Positions 27,256 to 37,080 are shown, numbered from the stretch's first letter. The stretch: DNA of 64,000 nucleotides from an uncultured Roseibacillus sp. (GCA_937949965.1 CALFBF010000023.1:2358-66357), one strand, 5' to 3'. Program-made: numbers and translations. Notes: generated from the letters alone by a model not told the origin.

Positions 27256-29394
27256 TTAATAAAGCTCGTCGTCATTACTAGCCACTGCTTTTTTCTTATC
27301 CGCAGCGTCAGTTTTCACGACCGGTCGATTAGAACGTTTTTCAGGTTCTGCTGAAGGAGCGTAGTAGGTGTAGTAACTTGTGTAATATTGATACTGATTG
27401 TCGCTTCTAATATCGACATTATTCAAGACCACACCGATGACTTGCCCACCGACGTTTTCAACAGCCTGCTTCACTCGCATCAGCATGTTCCGCGGCAGCT
27501 TACGATGCTGAACAACAATCATCGTCAAATCAACCTCACTTGCTAACACAGAGGCATCACTTACTCCGAGAATTGGCGGTGAGTCAATCAACACCAAATC
27601 AAAACGTTGCTTAACCTCTTGAACGAGTTCCGACATCCGACGAGAGTTCAAAATACCCGCTGCATCGGCAGGAAGAACACCAGAAGGCATGAAGTAAAGA
27701 TTATCAGCCGGAGTCTGGAGAATCACGTCTTCCAACATCAGGTCAGTTGTGAGGTAATTAGTAAGCCCAACTGAGTTATTAATATCAAAGAAAGTGTGGA
27801 GGCGAGGGCGACGTAAATCGGCGTCAATCATCAAAGTTGTGTAACCACCTTGAGCACAAACGTAAGCCAAGTTAACAAGAGTAGTTGACTTTCCTTCACC
27901 AGCACCACCGGATACAACGGTGATTGAGTTGTCCTCTGGGTTCTTGCGATTGAACTCAATGTTAGTTCGAAGAATACGGTAGGCCTCCGCATCAGGACTC
28001 ATTCCGCTTTGCTTATGAAGAACTCCCACATCCTTGGGGATAACGGCGAGGACTGGGACTTGAAGAAAACGCTCTACGTCCTCAAGACTTTTCACAGAGG
28101 TATCAATGTACTCCAAGAAAAAGGCAATAGCGATTCCCAAGATGAGTCCCATCACCGCACCAAGCACTAGATTTAGAACAACTTTTGGACTTACAGGATT
28201 GGTACTTACCTTTGGCTCCTCTTGAATCGTAATCGGCTCCCGAGGTGAACGAAGACCAACACGCTCTGATGAATGCTTTAGCTTCAGCTCTTGCAGTAGC
28301 GCAAGTGATGACTCGTAGTCACGGGTAGCTTCTCGGTAGTCGTGAAGCTCGGTTGCTAGGTCAACCATCTCTTTCTGCTGCTCTTTACTAGTATTTTCCA
28401 TCGCTTCCAATTGTTCAGAAACGAGTTCAAAATTCGTTTGGAGACTTTCTCTCAAAGTGGAAACTGCAGAGTCCAAATCGGTTCGTAGACCCACCAGACG
28501 CTCACCCATAACACGCATATTCGGGTGTCTCGCGCCTAATCCAGATGCTTTGTTTGCTTCCGCCTCACGACTCAAAGCAAGAAACTCTGCATGGAGATTC
28601 CTAACGGTATTATTATCAACAGGAAGCTCCGCGGCATAGCGCAACACTTGTTCGCTATCGAGAGTGGCAAGACGATCGAGATAAATTTTATATTGATCCC
28701 GGTTTTTCTTCATTTCGAAAGCGTTTTCCTCCGCTCTCATCGTGATTTGTGCTTCTACTGCTTCAGGACTATTTCGTGAGCCCTCAAAGTATGGTCTTCC
28801 GGTAATTCGAACAATTGTATCTAGAACTTTTCGTTTCGCCTCAACCTTATCCTTCTGGTCTTCAATCTCATCATCAAGAGCCTGCAGCTGGTTTTCAGCC
28901 CGCTCTCGTTCTTCTTGATTACGTCTTGTCTGATATGCTAAAGCGACTTCTTTTGCTATTTCACGCGCATCTTCGGGCTTAATATTTAGAACAGTGATTT
29001 CTATCAAATCTGTCCCAGTTCGCTGTTTGGTCTCAACCATTGCCTTCAACGCATCGATAACCGAATCTTCGTCACGCCCCCATTTACTCTTAAGATCTAA
29101 GGACTCAGATACCACCTTTAAAGTTCTTGCAGCTGTGATCACTTCAAACTGAGTCGCGAAGTATTGTCGTGACTCGATAAGTCCAAGGCTCGAACCAAAC
29201 CCTTGTCTGGGATCGTTTACCTGAACGACCGCAGTGCTTGAATACTTTTTGGTCATCACTTGAGTGATTACCGCCGCAGTGAGGAAAACGAGGAGGAAGG
29301 TAAGCAGGATAATGCCGTACCTATTTCTCAAAACCTGCCAGTAATCAATAGCATGGAGAGAGGCTTCATTATTCGCTTGGTTTGGTTGACTCAT
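27256..29394 (-). CDS. Polysaccharide co-polymerase / BY-tyrosine autokinase (Wzc/GumC-like), canonical
   Basis: 712 aa. Wzz-like N-terminus, two TM segments, coiled coil. Walker A SGGAGEGKST, A' LMIDADLRRPR, B LVLIDSPPILGVSDA. C-terminal Tyr cluster NQYQYYTSYYTYYAPS. Confidence 0.9.
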   Translation of the reverse strand: MSQPNQANNEASLHAIDYWQVLRNRYGIILLTFLLVFLTAAVITQVMTKKYSSTAVVQVNDPRQGFGSSLGLIESRQYFATQFEVITAARTLKVVSESLDLKSKWGRDEDSVIDALKAMVETKQRTGTDLIEITVLNIKPEDAREIAKEVALAYQTRRNQEERERAENQLQALDDEIEDQKDKVEAKRKVLDTIVRITGRPYFEGSRNSPEAVEAQITMRAEENAFEMKKNRDQYKIYLDRLATLDSEQVLRYAAELPVDNNTVRNLHAEFLALSREAEANKASGLGARHPNMRVMGERLVGLRTDLDSAVSTLRESLQTNFELVSEQLEAMENTSKEQQKEMVDLATELHDYREATRDYESSLALLQELKLKHSSERVGLRSPREPITIQEEPKVSTNPVSPKVVLNLVLGAVMGLILGIAIAFFLEYIDTSVKSLEDVERFLQVPVLAVIPKDVGVLHKQSGMSPDAEAYRILRTNIEFNRKNPEDNSITVVSGGAGEGKSTTLVNLAYVCAQGGYTTLMIDADLRRPRLHTFFDINNSVGLTNYLTTDLMLEDVILQTPADNLYFMPSGVLPADAAGILNSRRMSELVQEVKQRFDLVLIDSPPILGVSDASVLASEVDLTMIVVQHRKLPRNMLMRVKQAVENVGGQVIGVVLNNVDIRSDNQYQYYTSYYTYYAPSAEPEKRSNRPVVKTDAADKKKAVASNDDELY

Positions 29395-29434
29395 GAGTTG
29401 TTAGGAAGACTGGGTAGGGTTTTAGCAATAGCTG

Positions 29435-29475
29435 AAAAAAAATCAACCCCTACGGTAAGTGACACCGTAGGGGTT
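29435..29475 (-). terminator. Intrinsic terminator between beta-barrel-2 and Wzc-2
   Basis: 12-bp perfect stem aacccctacggt (29445-29456) / accgtaggggtt (29464-29475) with a 7-nt loop. The minus strand continues GATTTTTTTT (A8 at 29435-29442). Confidence 0.7.
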
Positions 29476-29504
29476 AATTTGTTCAAAAATGAATCGGAAA
29501 GCGA

Positions 29505-30743
29505 CTAGAAAGTAGCCTGAATACCAAGTTGGTAACGATTACGATCATACTCACGTCCATCGAAGTCAGAGAAAGCGGTCGTGAAGTTGTAAGAACCAGT
29601 CAAATACAGATTATCTGTCAAACGATAGCTGGCTCCAGCATTGATGTGAAGAATGCTTTCATCTCCTTCTTCTGCGAAGGGTGTCTCTTCTGAAGGGTCA
29701 TCATAATCAGTGTAAATGAAGCTAACTCCGCCGAATAAGCTGACTTGCGAGTTTACGACGTAATTAAGACGTGAACCAACTCGAAGAGTTTGACTTTGTT
29801 CGAAGACAAAACGCTGAAAGCCGCCAGTAGCAGGGTCTTCAACTGTTAAACCTCGGTTGAAACCTTCATTCGAGTAACGAACAAAAACGTTAGCACTCAA
29901 CTGCTCGGTAAGTCGGGTTCTCAATGTTCCCTCAACGAAAGGACGAGTTCGTGAACTTCCATCATCTGGATCGGTGAACTGGACACCAGCACGAAGAACA
30001 ACTGCGCTGACTGGGCTAATTCGATGCTCAACACCTCCAACGAGGAAATGAGAATCCGAATCACTACCAGTGTCGTTGTCAACGATACCATAACGGTAAC
30101 CCGCTGTCACAACAGTTGCAGGACTCACCCGGTAACGGAAATCGTGACGGAAAGTCAGCTGTGTGAAATCAGAATCGTCAAGCTCGTCATAGGTAACTCC
30201 AGAGAAGGAAACACCAGTCTGAGTTCCAAGGCGATCAGACCAGCGGTAACCGATAGAATTATCAGTTGAATAACGGAAGTAATCTCCAGCACGAACACCG
30301 TTAGCAGCACCGAAATCAAAGTCTGGCTCTTGCTCGTAAGCTAATAAATTACGGCTGGAAAAACGAAGTCTCTCACTGAAGCGGTGGGTAAAGTTGATTC
30401 CAAGTCTAGCATTGAAGCTTTCTTGGTCAGCTCGGTTATCATCAAAATCATCGAAATAATAGCGAGCTCCTAAACGAGCGAAGACATCCCAAGTCGTCTG
30501 TGGAGCAACGCTAGTCCAGTTGGCCTGAACGAAACCGTCCACGAAACCAGATTCGTCTTCACCATCAGTACCGAAAAGTGGATTCGGGTTGTCATCAAAA
30601 CCAACCGAAACACCTACGATGTAAGTCAGCGGCAAGCTGTCGCCTGCTTCATCATCGTTTGGAGCGATACTATAAAGACCTTGACCTGAAACAGCCGCAC
30701 AAGGGACAAGACCAAGGAAAAGAGTTTTTTTAAGGAAATTCAT
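29505..30743 (-). CDS. Outer-membrane beta-barrel protein associated with polysaccharide export, paralogue 2
   Basis: 412 aa. Signal peptide MNFLKKTLFLGLVPCAAVSGQ, FDDN motif near the N-terminus, alternating beta-strand pattern, C-terminal YQLGIQATF. Confidence 0.7.
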   Translation of the reverse strand: MNFLKKTLFLGLVPCAAVSGQGLYSIAPNDDEAGDSLPLTYIVGVSVGFDDNPNPLFGTDGEDESGFVDGFVQANWTSVAPQTTWDVFARLGARYYFDDFDDNRADQESFNARLGINFTHRFSERLRFSSRNLLAYEQEPDFDFGAANGVRAGDYFRYSTDNSIGYRWSDRLGTQTGVSFSGVTYDELDDSDFTQLTFRHDFRYRVSPATVVTAGYRYGIVDNDTGSDSDSHFLVGGVEHRISPVSAVVLRAGVQFTDPDDGSSRTRPFVEGTLRTRLTEQLSANVFVRYSNEGFNRGLTVEDPATGGFQRFVFEQSQTLRVGSRLNYVVNSQVSLFGGVSFIYTDYDDPSEETPFAEEGDESILHINAGASYRLTDNLYLTGSYNFTTAFSDFDGREYDRNRYQLGIQATF

Positions 30744-30779
30744 ATAATAATTAATTACTTAATTCAATTCAAGAACAGT

Positions 30780-31373
30780 CTATTTTTTATCCGGCTCAGG
30801 ATCAAGGCCCGTGGGGGTGACATCAACGGGAGTTCCTGGTGGCTGGAAAGGAAGAAGGTCAGGGAAAAACGGATCAGCTCCTGGACCACCCACATTCAAG
30901 GGACCATCAAGTGGGTTAGCAACACCAACTGGAGAAACAGGACTTCCCTTATCAAGGCCACCCTTACTCAAACCACCTTTAGCAGCATGAGAAGATTCAC
31001 CACTCTGAGGATCAAATGACGCAAGAACCTTTTGCACTTCAGCTGCTGAATCAGGAGCGACTGCAACAGCGCACTGAGCAATCAGACGCATCTCATCAGG
31101 AGATGCAATCACAGCAACCTCAACGATTTGACGAACCATCTCCTTATCGGCCTCAGCCGCAATAATAGCTGCCTTAACAACCTCACAAGCACACCCACTA
31201 TTTGCAGAAGCTTGCGCTTCAACAATTTCGAGGACCTTCGCTTCGTCTGCTTTTACCGCTGCTTCAACAACGGTCTGGATTTTCTTGCAGCTCTCAGCCG
31301 TATCGGCAGCTACAACCGCTGGTGCAGCGGCCATAAAGGCGGCCACGAAAGCGAATTTCAGTGTTCTTTTCAT
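30780..31373 (-). CDS. Secreted Ala-rich repeat protein with a Gly/Pro-rich tail, unknown function
   Basis: 197 aa. Signal peptide MKRTLKFAFVAAFMAAAPAVVAA. Three helical Ala/Val/Glu-rich segments of about 30 aa, each with Cys (ESCKK, SGCACE, AQCAV). Then GGLSKGGLDKG...PFQPPGTP. It lies 36 nt upstream of the beta-barrel gene. Confidence 0.55.
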   Translation of the reverse strand: MKRTLKFAFVAAFMAAAPAVVAADTAESCKKIQTVVEAAVKADEAKVLEIVEAQASANSGCACEVVKAAIIAAEADKEMVRQIVEVAVIASPDEMRLIAQCAVAVAPDSAAEVQKVLASFDPQSGESSHAAKGGLSKGGLDKGSPVSPVGVANPLDGPLNVGGPGADPFFPDLLPFQPPGTPVDVTPTGLDPEPDKK

Positions 31374-31416
31374 AATTTGTTCTCCTTGAGTGAACTGTTC
31401 TAAATGATTGGAAGAA

Positions 31417-31487
31417 AGCGGGTAGAGGGAATCGAACCCTCATAATCAGCTTGGAAGGCTGGAGCTTTACCATTAAGCTATACCCGC
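31417..31487 (-). tRNA. tRNA-Gly (anticodon UCC)
   Basis: The reverse complement reads GCGGGTATAGCTTAATGGTAAAGCTCCAGCCTTCCAAGCTGATTATGAGGGTTCGATTCCCTCTACCCGCT. 7-bp acceptor stem, anticodon loop CTTCCAA, T-arm GAGGG-TTCGATT-CCCTC, 71 nt. No encoded CCA. Close to E. coli glyT as I remember it. Confidence 0.92.
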
Positions 31488-31630
31488 GCTTTCTTCGAGA
31501 AGTATTACCTAGCAGATTCCTAGACCGCAAGGCTTTTTTCCGTTCCTTTTTAAAACTCAAAAAGTTCTGAACTGAAATTAGTTCGCCTCATAACTCACTC
31601 ATCTCAAACAATTTAAACTCCTTGTCTTTT

Positions 31631-32383
31631 TTACAAGCCGGTCGGAAATGAGAGAAATGAGTCCTGAAGAGAAAATTTATTTCGCAATATTTCGCCCAGC
31701 TTACGAACTCCGAACGTTTCCGTGGCATAATGCCCGGCATGAATAACAGAGAGGCCTAATTCTTCCGCTAGAGGAAAGCTCCAGTGAGGCCCTTCCCCTG
31801 TTAAAAATGTATCAATTCCAGCTTCTCTCACCTTTTCTACTTCACTGCCAGCGCCGCCAGTGACAATCCCTAATCTGCCTACTTCCTCTTGCGCTCTTGT
31901 GGATGCCAGTACCGGGCCTACTGCCTTAACTATGCCGGCCTCTAAGTCAGCCCAACTGCCAGACCACTCACCCTGAACACCAAGCTCCATACCTTTCCAG
32001 GGAAGAAAAGTGTCTTTAATGTCGAGACCAATTTCTTCCGCTAACAAATGGTTATTCCCCCATTCTGGATGAATATCAAGTGGGAGATGGCTACTATAAA
32101 TAGCTAAGTTGCCTCTAATCGCCGTTTTCAGCTTATCATAATAAGCCCCTCTAAACTTGCGCACTCCCTGCCAAAAGAGACCGTGATGCACGATTAACAG
32201 ATCTGCTCCTTGCTCAACCGCAGCTTCGATGGTGACAAGACTCGCATCAACGGCCGTGGTCACTTGCGTGACCTCACCGTTATTCTCTAGTTGCAGACCA
32301 TTCTCCGCTCCAGGATAATCAGTAAGCTGACCAGTCTTAAGCTCCTTATCCAAAAATGCCACTACTTCACTAAGTTTTGCCAT
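31631..32383 (-). CDS. Nif3-like dinuclear metal-centre protein (GTP cyclohydrolase 1 type 2 homologue)
   Basis: Start taken at ATG 32383 (MAKLSEVVAFLDK). NIF3 features: ENGLQ, DLLIVHHGLFW, IYSSHLPLD, VIHAGHYATE. Confidence 0.85.
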   Translation of the reverse strand: MAKLSEVVAFLDKELKTGQLTDYPGAENGLQLENNGEVTQVTTAVDASLVTIEAAVEQGADLLIVHHGLFWQGVRKFRGAYYDKLKTAIRGNLAIYSSHLPLDIHPEWGNNHLLAEEIGLDIKDTFLPWKGMELGVQGEWSGSWADLEAGIVKAVGPVLASTRAQEEVGRLGIVTGGAGSEVEKVREAGIDTFLTGEGPHWSFPLAEELGLSVIHAGHYATETFGVRKLGEILRNKFSLQDSFLSFPTGL

Positions 32384-32496
32384 CGGGAAAGAAATCTCTC
32401 TTTTCTTCTTTTCGCAATCCTCTGGTTTGTCGCAAGCCCCACTTGTCTCACTTTTCACTATTCAAAGTCATGCTCGGCCTCCATTAATCCCGTGAC

Positions 32497-33798
32497 ATGG
32501 CTGATATGCAACACACCCTCGCGTCTCCGGCGTCGTTAGAAGGAACTTCTCTTCATACCGGTGAAAAAGTGACCCTCACCCTCAAACCAGCAGAGGAAGA
32601 TCACGGCTTTGTTTTTTGTCGCGTTGATCTTCCTGACAAGCCGCTCATTCCAGCCAATGTCGATTTGGTGGAAACTGTAGAACGTGCCACTACCCTCTCG
32701 GTGGGATCGAATCGTGTCCATACGGTCGAACACGTGCTCTCTGCGCTAGTCGGAATGGGGGTAGATAATGCCCTCATCGAGATGGACGCCAATGAACCCC
32801 CTATTGCGGACGGCTCCTCGGCCCCTTTTGTCGAACTCATCAAGCAAGCAGGAATCCAAGAACAGAAACGCCCTCGTAAAACTTGGCACATTCGCGAACC
32901 GCTTCATCTTGATTTAGGAAACGGCTCTCTCATCACCATCGTTCCCGACAACAAATTCCGGCTTACGGTCACAAATGTCGGGCGTAACGATCTCCATACC
33001 GAGTATTTTTCAAGCGAAGTCACCCCGGAAATTTATGAGAAGGAAATTGCGCCTGCACGGACCTTCACCTTCTACGAAGATGTTGCCCCTCTTCTTGAAA
33101 AAGGCCTTATCAAAGGTGGCTCTTTGGAAAACGCGGTAGTCATCCGCGGTGAAAACGTAATGTCTAAAGAACCTCGTCGTTTCGCGAACGAATTCGCTCG
33201 CCACAAGGCTCTCGACCTTGTTGGCGATCTGATGCTAGGCGGAAAGCGTATCCTAGGACATGTCATCGCAGTGGCACCAGGCCACGGACCCAATACCAAG
33301 ATGGCCGCTCTTCTGAAGAAAGAATACGCCAAGATGAAGACGCTCGTTCCTCCGGTAACAATTCCAGAGGGAGAAGCCGTTCTCCACCTCACTGACATTC
33401 TCAATATCCTTCCTCACCGCTACCCCTTCCTGCTCATTGATCGCGTGATCGACTTTACGGACAAGACGTGCACCGCCATCAAGAACGTGACCTTTAACGA
33501 AGACTTCTTCCAAGGCCATTTCCCCGGGCAACCGATCATGCCCGGGGTCCTGCAACTTGAAGCAATGGCTCAGACCGCGAGCGTGCTCGTTCTCCGCATT
33601 CCCGAGAACCAAGGTAAGGTGGGCTACTTTATGTCTGCAGATAAGGTGAAGTGGCGAAAACCTGTTACGCCAGGAGACACCCTTTTCATCGAAGCTGAAG
33701 TGATCTCCTTCCGGCGCGGTATCGGGCAAGCCGAATGCCGTTGTCTCCTCAATGGACAAGTCGCTTCCAGTGCCGTTATCAAGTTCGCGGTGCAGTAG
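32497..33798 (+). CDS. lpxC-fabZ: Bifunctional UDP-3-O-acyl-GlcNAc deacetylase / 3-hydroxyacyl-ACP dehydratase (LpxC-FabZ fusion)
   Basis: N-terminal LpxC ([46 protein letters not shown]). C-terminal FabZ ([36 protein letters not shown]). Confidence 0.93.
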   Translation: MADMQHTLASPASLEGTSLHTGEKVTLTLKPAEEDHGFVFCRVDLPDKPLIPANVDLVETVERATTLSVGSNRVHTVEHVLSALVGMGVDNALIEMDANEPPIADGSSAPFVELIKQAGIQEQKRPRKTWHIREPLHLDLGNGSLITIVPDNKFRLTVTNVGRNDLHTEYFSSEVTPEIYEKEIAPARTFTFYEDVAPLLEKGLIKGGSLENAVVIRGENVMSKEPRRFANEFARHKALDLVGDLMLGGKRILGHVIAVAPGHGPNTKMAALLKKEYAKMKTLVPPVTIPEGEAVLHLTDILNILPHRYPFLLIDRVIDFTDKTCTAIKNVTFNEDFFQGHFPGQPIMPGVLQLEAMAQTASVLVLRIPENQGKVGYFMSADKVKWRKPVTPGDTLFIEAEVISFRRGIGQAECRCLLNGQVASSAVIKFAVQ

Positions 33799-33842
33799 CC
33801 TCCATCCTGTTTCCCCTCTAAATTTGAACTCTCTTTCTAAAT

Positions 33843-34793
33843 ATGTTAGCCAGCCCTATTACCTTCCGCCCCCTTTATAAAACCCGTGTTTGGGGTGGGC
33901 GCACATTAGAAACACGATATGAAAGAGAACTTCCAGATTCCCAGCCTTACGGCGAGTCGTGGGAACTAGTCGATCGTAGCGACGACCAGTCGATCGTAGA
34001 AACGGGCGACCATTCCGGCCAGACCTTAAACTATCTCTGGACCAATCATCGTGATGAAGTTTTTGGACCAGGGCTACCTGATTCTGAGCGTTTCCCCATT
34101 CTTATCAAAATTCTAGACTGCCAAGACGACCTCTCCATCCAAGTCCACCCTCCTGCACACTTAGCTCCTTCCTTAAACGGCGAGCCAAAAACAGAAATGT
34201 GGTACCTGGCTGGCGTAGAAGATCGGGCCTTGCTCTACATCGGTTTCAAAGAAGGAGTGACGCGTGCCCAATTTGAGCAATCAATCCACGATGGCACCGT
34301 GGCAGATTATGTTCATCGGATCGCGCCCCAAGAAGGGGAATCTATCTTCATCCCATCAGGACGCCTCCACGCTATCGGTGGCGGTAATCTCATCTTCGAA
34401 ATCCAACAAAACTCGGACACCACTTACCGCGTTTTTGACTGGAACCGAATGGGGCTAGATGGGAAGGCGCGGGAACTTCATATCGAAGAATCTTTGTCTT
34501 CCATCGACTTCGAGGACTTTGAACCTGCAATGGATATCCCTAGCGGGCATACCTTAGCCCAGTGCGCTTACTTCAAAACCGATGAAGTGAAGCTCAATAC
34601 AGGAGAGTACATCAGCAACCCCAGCTCTCAGCACTTTTCGGTAATCGCAGTCGTCTCAGGAGAACTGAACTCCCAAGATGGGACCCATCGTGCCGGCGAT
34701 TTCTTATTACTCCCCGCAGGTTCCAAAGCTCTCGAAGCGACCTCGAATACTATTCTACTCCAGATCACCTTACCCGAGGAAGGAAGCTGTTAG
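33843..34793 (+). CDS. manA: Mannose-6-phosphate isomerase, type I
   Basis: 316 aa. YKTRVWGG, ESWELVD, ILIKILDCQDDLSIQVHP, PKTEMWY, SGRLHAIGGGNLIFEIQQNSDTTYRVFDWNR. Confidence 0.85.
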   Translation: MLASPITFRPLYKTRVWGGRTLETRYERELPDSQPYGESWELVDRSDDQSIVETGDHSGQTLNYLWTNHRDEVFGPGLPDSERFPILIKILDCQDDLSIQVHPPAHLAPSLNGEPKTEMWYLAGVEDRALLYIGFKEGVTRAQFEQSIHDGTVADYVHRIAPQEGESIFIPSGRLHAIGGGNLIFEIQQNSDTTYRVFDWNRMGLDGKARELHIEESLSSIDFEDFEPAMDIPSGHTLAQCAYFKTDEVKLNTGEYISNPSSQHFSVIAVVSGELNSQDGTHRAGDFLLLPAGSKALEATSNTILLQITLPEEGSC

Positions 34794-34818
34794 AGAAAAA
34801 CTAGGAACAGACTTTGGA

Positions 34819-35796
34819 TTAACTCAGTCCCACGGCTTCACGCACTCGCGTTAGAACCTTACTCGCTTCTTCACGAGCACGTTCTGCACCGTCTGTTAGA
34901 ACCTGATTCACGTAGCTCTCGTCTGCCTCTAACTCCGTGCGGCGTTCTCTCATAGGAGTAAAGTACTCCCAGTAAGCGTCAAAAAGCCGCTGTTTAAAAT
35001 CACCATAGCCGAAGCCACCCGCTTCAAAATCGGCCTTCATTTGAGCCTGCTCACTCTCAGAAGCAAAGAAGCGATAGAGATCAATAATAATCGAATTCTC
35101 AGTAGGCTTGGGAGCTTCGACCGGGGTCGAATCTGTCTCAATCTTCATCACCAATTTGCGCATCTTCTTCTGCGCGCCGAACATAGGAATCGTGTTATTG
35201 TAACTCTTCGACATTTTCTGCCCATCTAGACCCGGCACCTTCGCCACCTCATCGCGAATACGGGCTTCAGGGAGAACTAAAGTTTCGGAACCGTAGAGGT
35301 CATTAATTTTGCCGACAAGATCACGAGTTACTTCAAGGTGTTGCTTCTGATCTTCTCCGACTGGAACTAAATTAGCGTCGTAGAGTAAAATATCAGCCGC
35401 CATTAGGACCGGATATGCGAAGAGAGCGTGATTAGCAGAAAGGCCACGGGCGAGCTTGTCTTTGTATGAATGACAACGCTCTAACAACCCCATGGGACAG
35501 ACGCTTGAAAGAATCCAAGCCAACTCATTGACCTGCGGCACATCAGATTGACGGAAAAAAAACGCTTTCTCTGGATTCAAACCACAAGCCAAAAAGTCGA
35601 GAGCCAACTCCTTCACGTTTTCACGAAGAGCGGAGGGATCAGCCGTTGAAGACATCGCGTGATAATCCGCAATAAAGTAAAAAGCCTCTCCCTCTTCCTG
35701 TAATTTAACAGCCGGCTCCATGGCACCGAAGTAATTCCCGATGTGGAGTTTTCCAGAAGGTTGCAAGCCAGTAAGAATGCGCATGGGTGCTGTCAT
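34819..35796 (-). CDS. trpS: Tryptophan--tRNA ligase
   Basis: 325 aa. Class I motifs GKLHIGNYFG (HIGH) and KMSKS. PVGEDQKQHLE. Confidence 0.95.
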   Translation of the reverse strand: MTAPMRILTGLQPSGKLHIGNYFGAMEPAVKLQEEGEAFYFIADYHAMSSTADPSALRENVKELALDFLACGLNPEKAFFFRQSDVPQVNELAWILSSVCPMGLLERCHSYKDKLARGLSANHALFAYPVLMAADILLYDANLVPVGEDQKQHLEVTRDLVGKINDLYGSETLVLPEARIRDEVAKVPGLDGQKMSKSYNNTIPMFGAQKKMRKLVMKIETDSTPVEAPKPTENSIIIDLYRFFASESEQAQMKADFEAGGFGYGDFKQRLFDAYWEYFTPMRERRTELEADESYVNQVLTDGAERAREEASKVLTRVREAVGLS

Positions 35797-35909
35797 AGCG
35801 AGCTAGTGCTTACTGGAAAAGCGCGAAGGTCGTCCCTTTTCAGAATATAAATTCTGTTAGCACCGGGTTCTTCGCTGTGTGTAAACACTCTGCCAAACTC
35901 ATTGCCTCA

Positions 35910-36989
35910 TCACTGAGACTCCATCTCGGCTTTGACCTTGGTCTCGATTTCGAGATAGAGTTCTTCATTTTCTTTCAGCGCATTCTTAGCGCCATCACGG
36001 CCTTGGCCTAGTTGATTCCCATCGTAACTAAACCAACTTCCTCGTTTTTGGATGATTCCGAACTCCAAGGCCAAGTCTAGCAGGGAACCTACGGAGGAGA
36101 TCCCTTCGTTATACATGATGTCGAACTCGGCTTCGGTGAACGGAGGGGCGACCTTGTTCTTCACCAGCTTAATCTTGGTGCGGCTACCGGAGACAACTCC
36201 GTCTGTGCCTTTGATCTGGCCGATACGACGGATATCTACGCGCACGGAGGCGAAGAACTTCAGTGCACGACCACCGGGGGTGGTTTCTGGGCTTCCGAAC
36301 ATAACTCCGATTTTTTCCCGAATCTGGTTCGTGAAAATGCAGACCGTGCGGGCCTTTGAAATATTTGCGGTAAGCTTCCGCATCGCGGCACTCATCAAAC
36401 GTGCTTGCGCACCTACAGTGGTGTCACCGATTTCGCCATCGAGTTCCTGACGAGTCACCAGCGCGGCAACTGAGTCTAACACCACTACGTCGAGGGCATT
36501 GGAGCGCACAAGGGTTTCACAAATCTGGAGAGCTTCCTCACCCGAAGAAGGCTGTGAGATTAATAAGTCGTCGGTGTTGACTCCCAACTTACGAGCGTAG
36601 GAAGGATCGAGCGCGTGCTCGACATCGATAAAGGCTGCTAGTCCGCCCGCCTTTTGAGCTTGTGCGATTGCGGTCAACGTCAGAGTGGTCTTACCTGAGC
36701 TTTCTGGGCCAAAGACTTCGATAATACGACCACGAGGAAAGCCTCCGACTCCGAGAGCTCGGTCAATCAGTAGATTCCCAGTGGGGATAGCATCGACATC
36801 CATACAGGTGTCGTCGCCGAGACGCATAATAGCGGCTTCACCAAAGTCCTTTTGAATTTGAGTGATCGCGAGATCGAGGTTCTTGAGACGAGCTTGATTC
36901 ATCTTCTCATCAATGGCCGCTTCGCGAGCGGTTTTTGTTTTTTCGGACTTTTCGGACATCTTTGGTTTTTCTTCAGCAACGGTCACCAT
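35910..36989 (-). CDS. recA: Recombinase RecA
   Basis: [13 protein letters not shown] (Walker A), [12 protein letters not shown] (Walker B), L2 region [19 protein letters not shown]. The start is ambiguous: in-frame ATGs at 36989, 36959 and 36902. Confidence 0.97.
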   Translation of the reverse strand: MVTVAEEKPKMSEKSEKTKTAREAAIDEKMNQARLKNLDLAITQIQKDFGEAAIMRLGDDTCMDVDAIPTGNLLIDRALGVGGFPRGRIIEVFGPESSGKTTLTLTAIAQAQKAGGLAAFIDVEHALDPSYARKLGVNTDDLLISQPSSGEEALQICETLVRSNALDVVVLDSVAALVTRQELDGEIGDTTVGAQARLMSAAMRKLTANISKARTVCIFTNQIREKIGVMFGSPETTPGGRALKFFASVRVDIRRIGQIKGTDGVVSGSRTKIKLVKNKVAPPFTEAEFDIMYNEGISSVGSLLDLALEFGIIQKRGSWFSYDGNQLGQGRDGAKNALKENEELYLEIETKVKAEMESQ

Positions 36990-37054
36990 GGCAATTCTTT
37001 AATTTGATTCGCCACGAGTTTTATTCTTTTCTCCAGCTTTGGTCAATAATTAAT

Positions 37055-37068
37055 TATTCAAAAGAACA
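37055..37068. promoter_or_regulatory. Candidate LexA (SOS) box upstream of recA
   Basis: TATTC-AAAA-GAACA is one mismatch from the palindrome TGTTC-N4-GAACA, which I recall as the Verrucomicrobia LexA motif. It lies 66 nt upstream of the longest recA start. It is a single site with no second example in the window. Confidence 0.3.
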
Positions 37069-37080
37069 CTGTTTGGGTGA

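Noticed and set aside
26663-31487. A possible genomic island inserted at the 3' end of tRNA-Gly, covering export module 2.
   Set aside because: I could find no integrase, no direct repeat of the tRNA 3' end, and no mobility genes. Adjacency alone is insufficient evidence.
31294-31560. An 88-aa minus-strand ORF and a 91-aa plus-strand ORF overlap the tRNA-Gly region.
   Set aside because: The sequence folds into a canonical tRNA. The ORFs are incidental.
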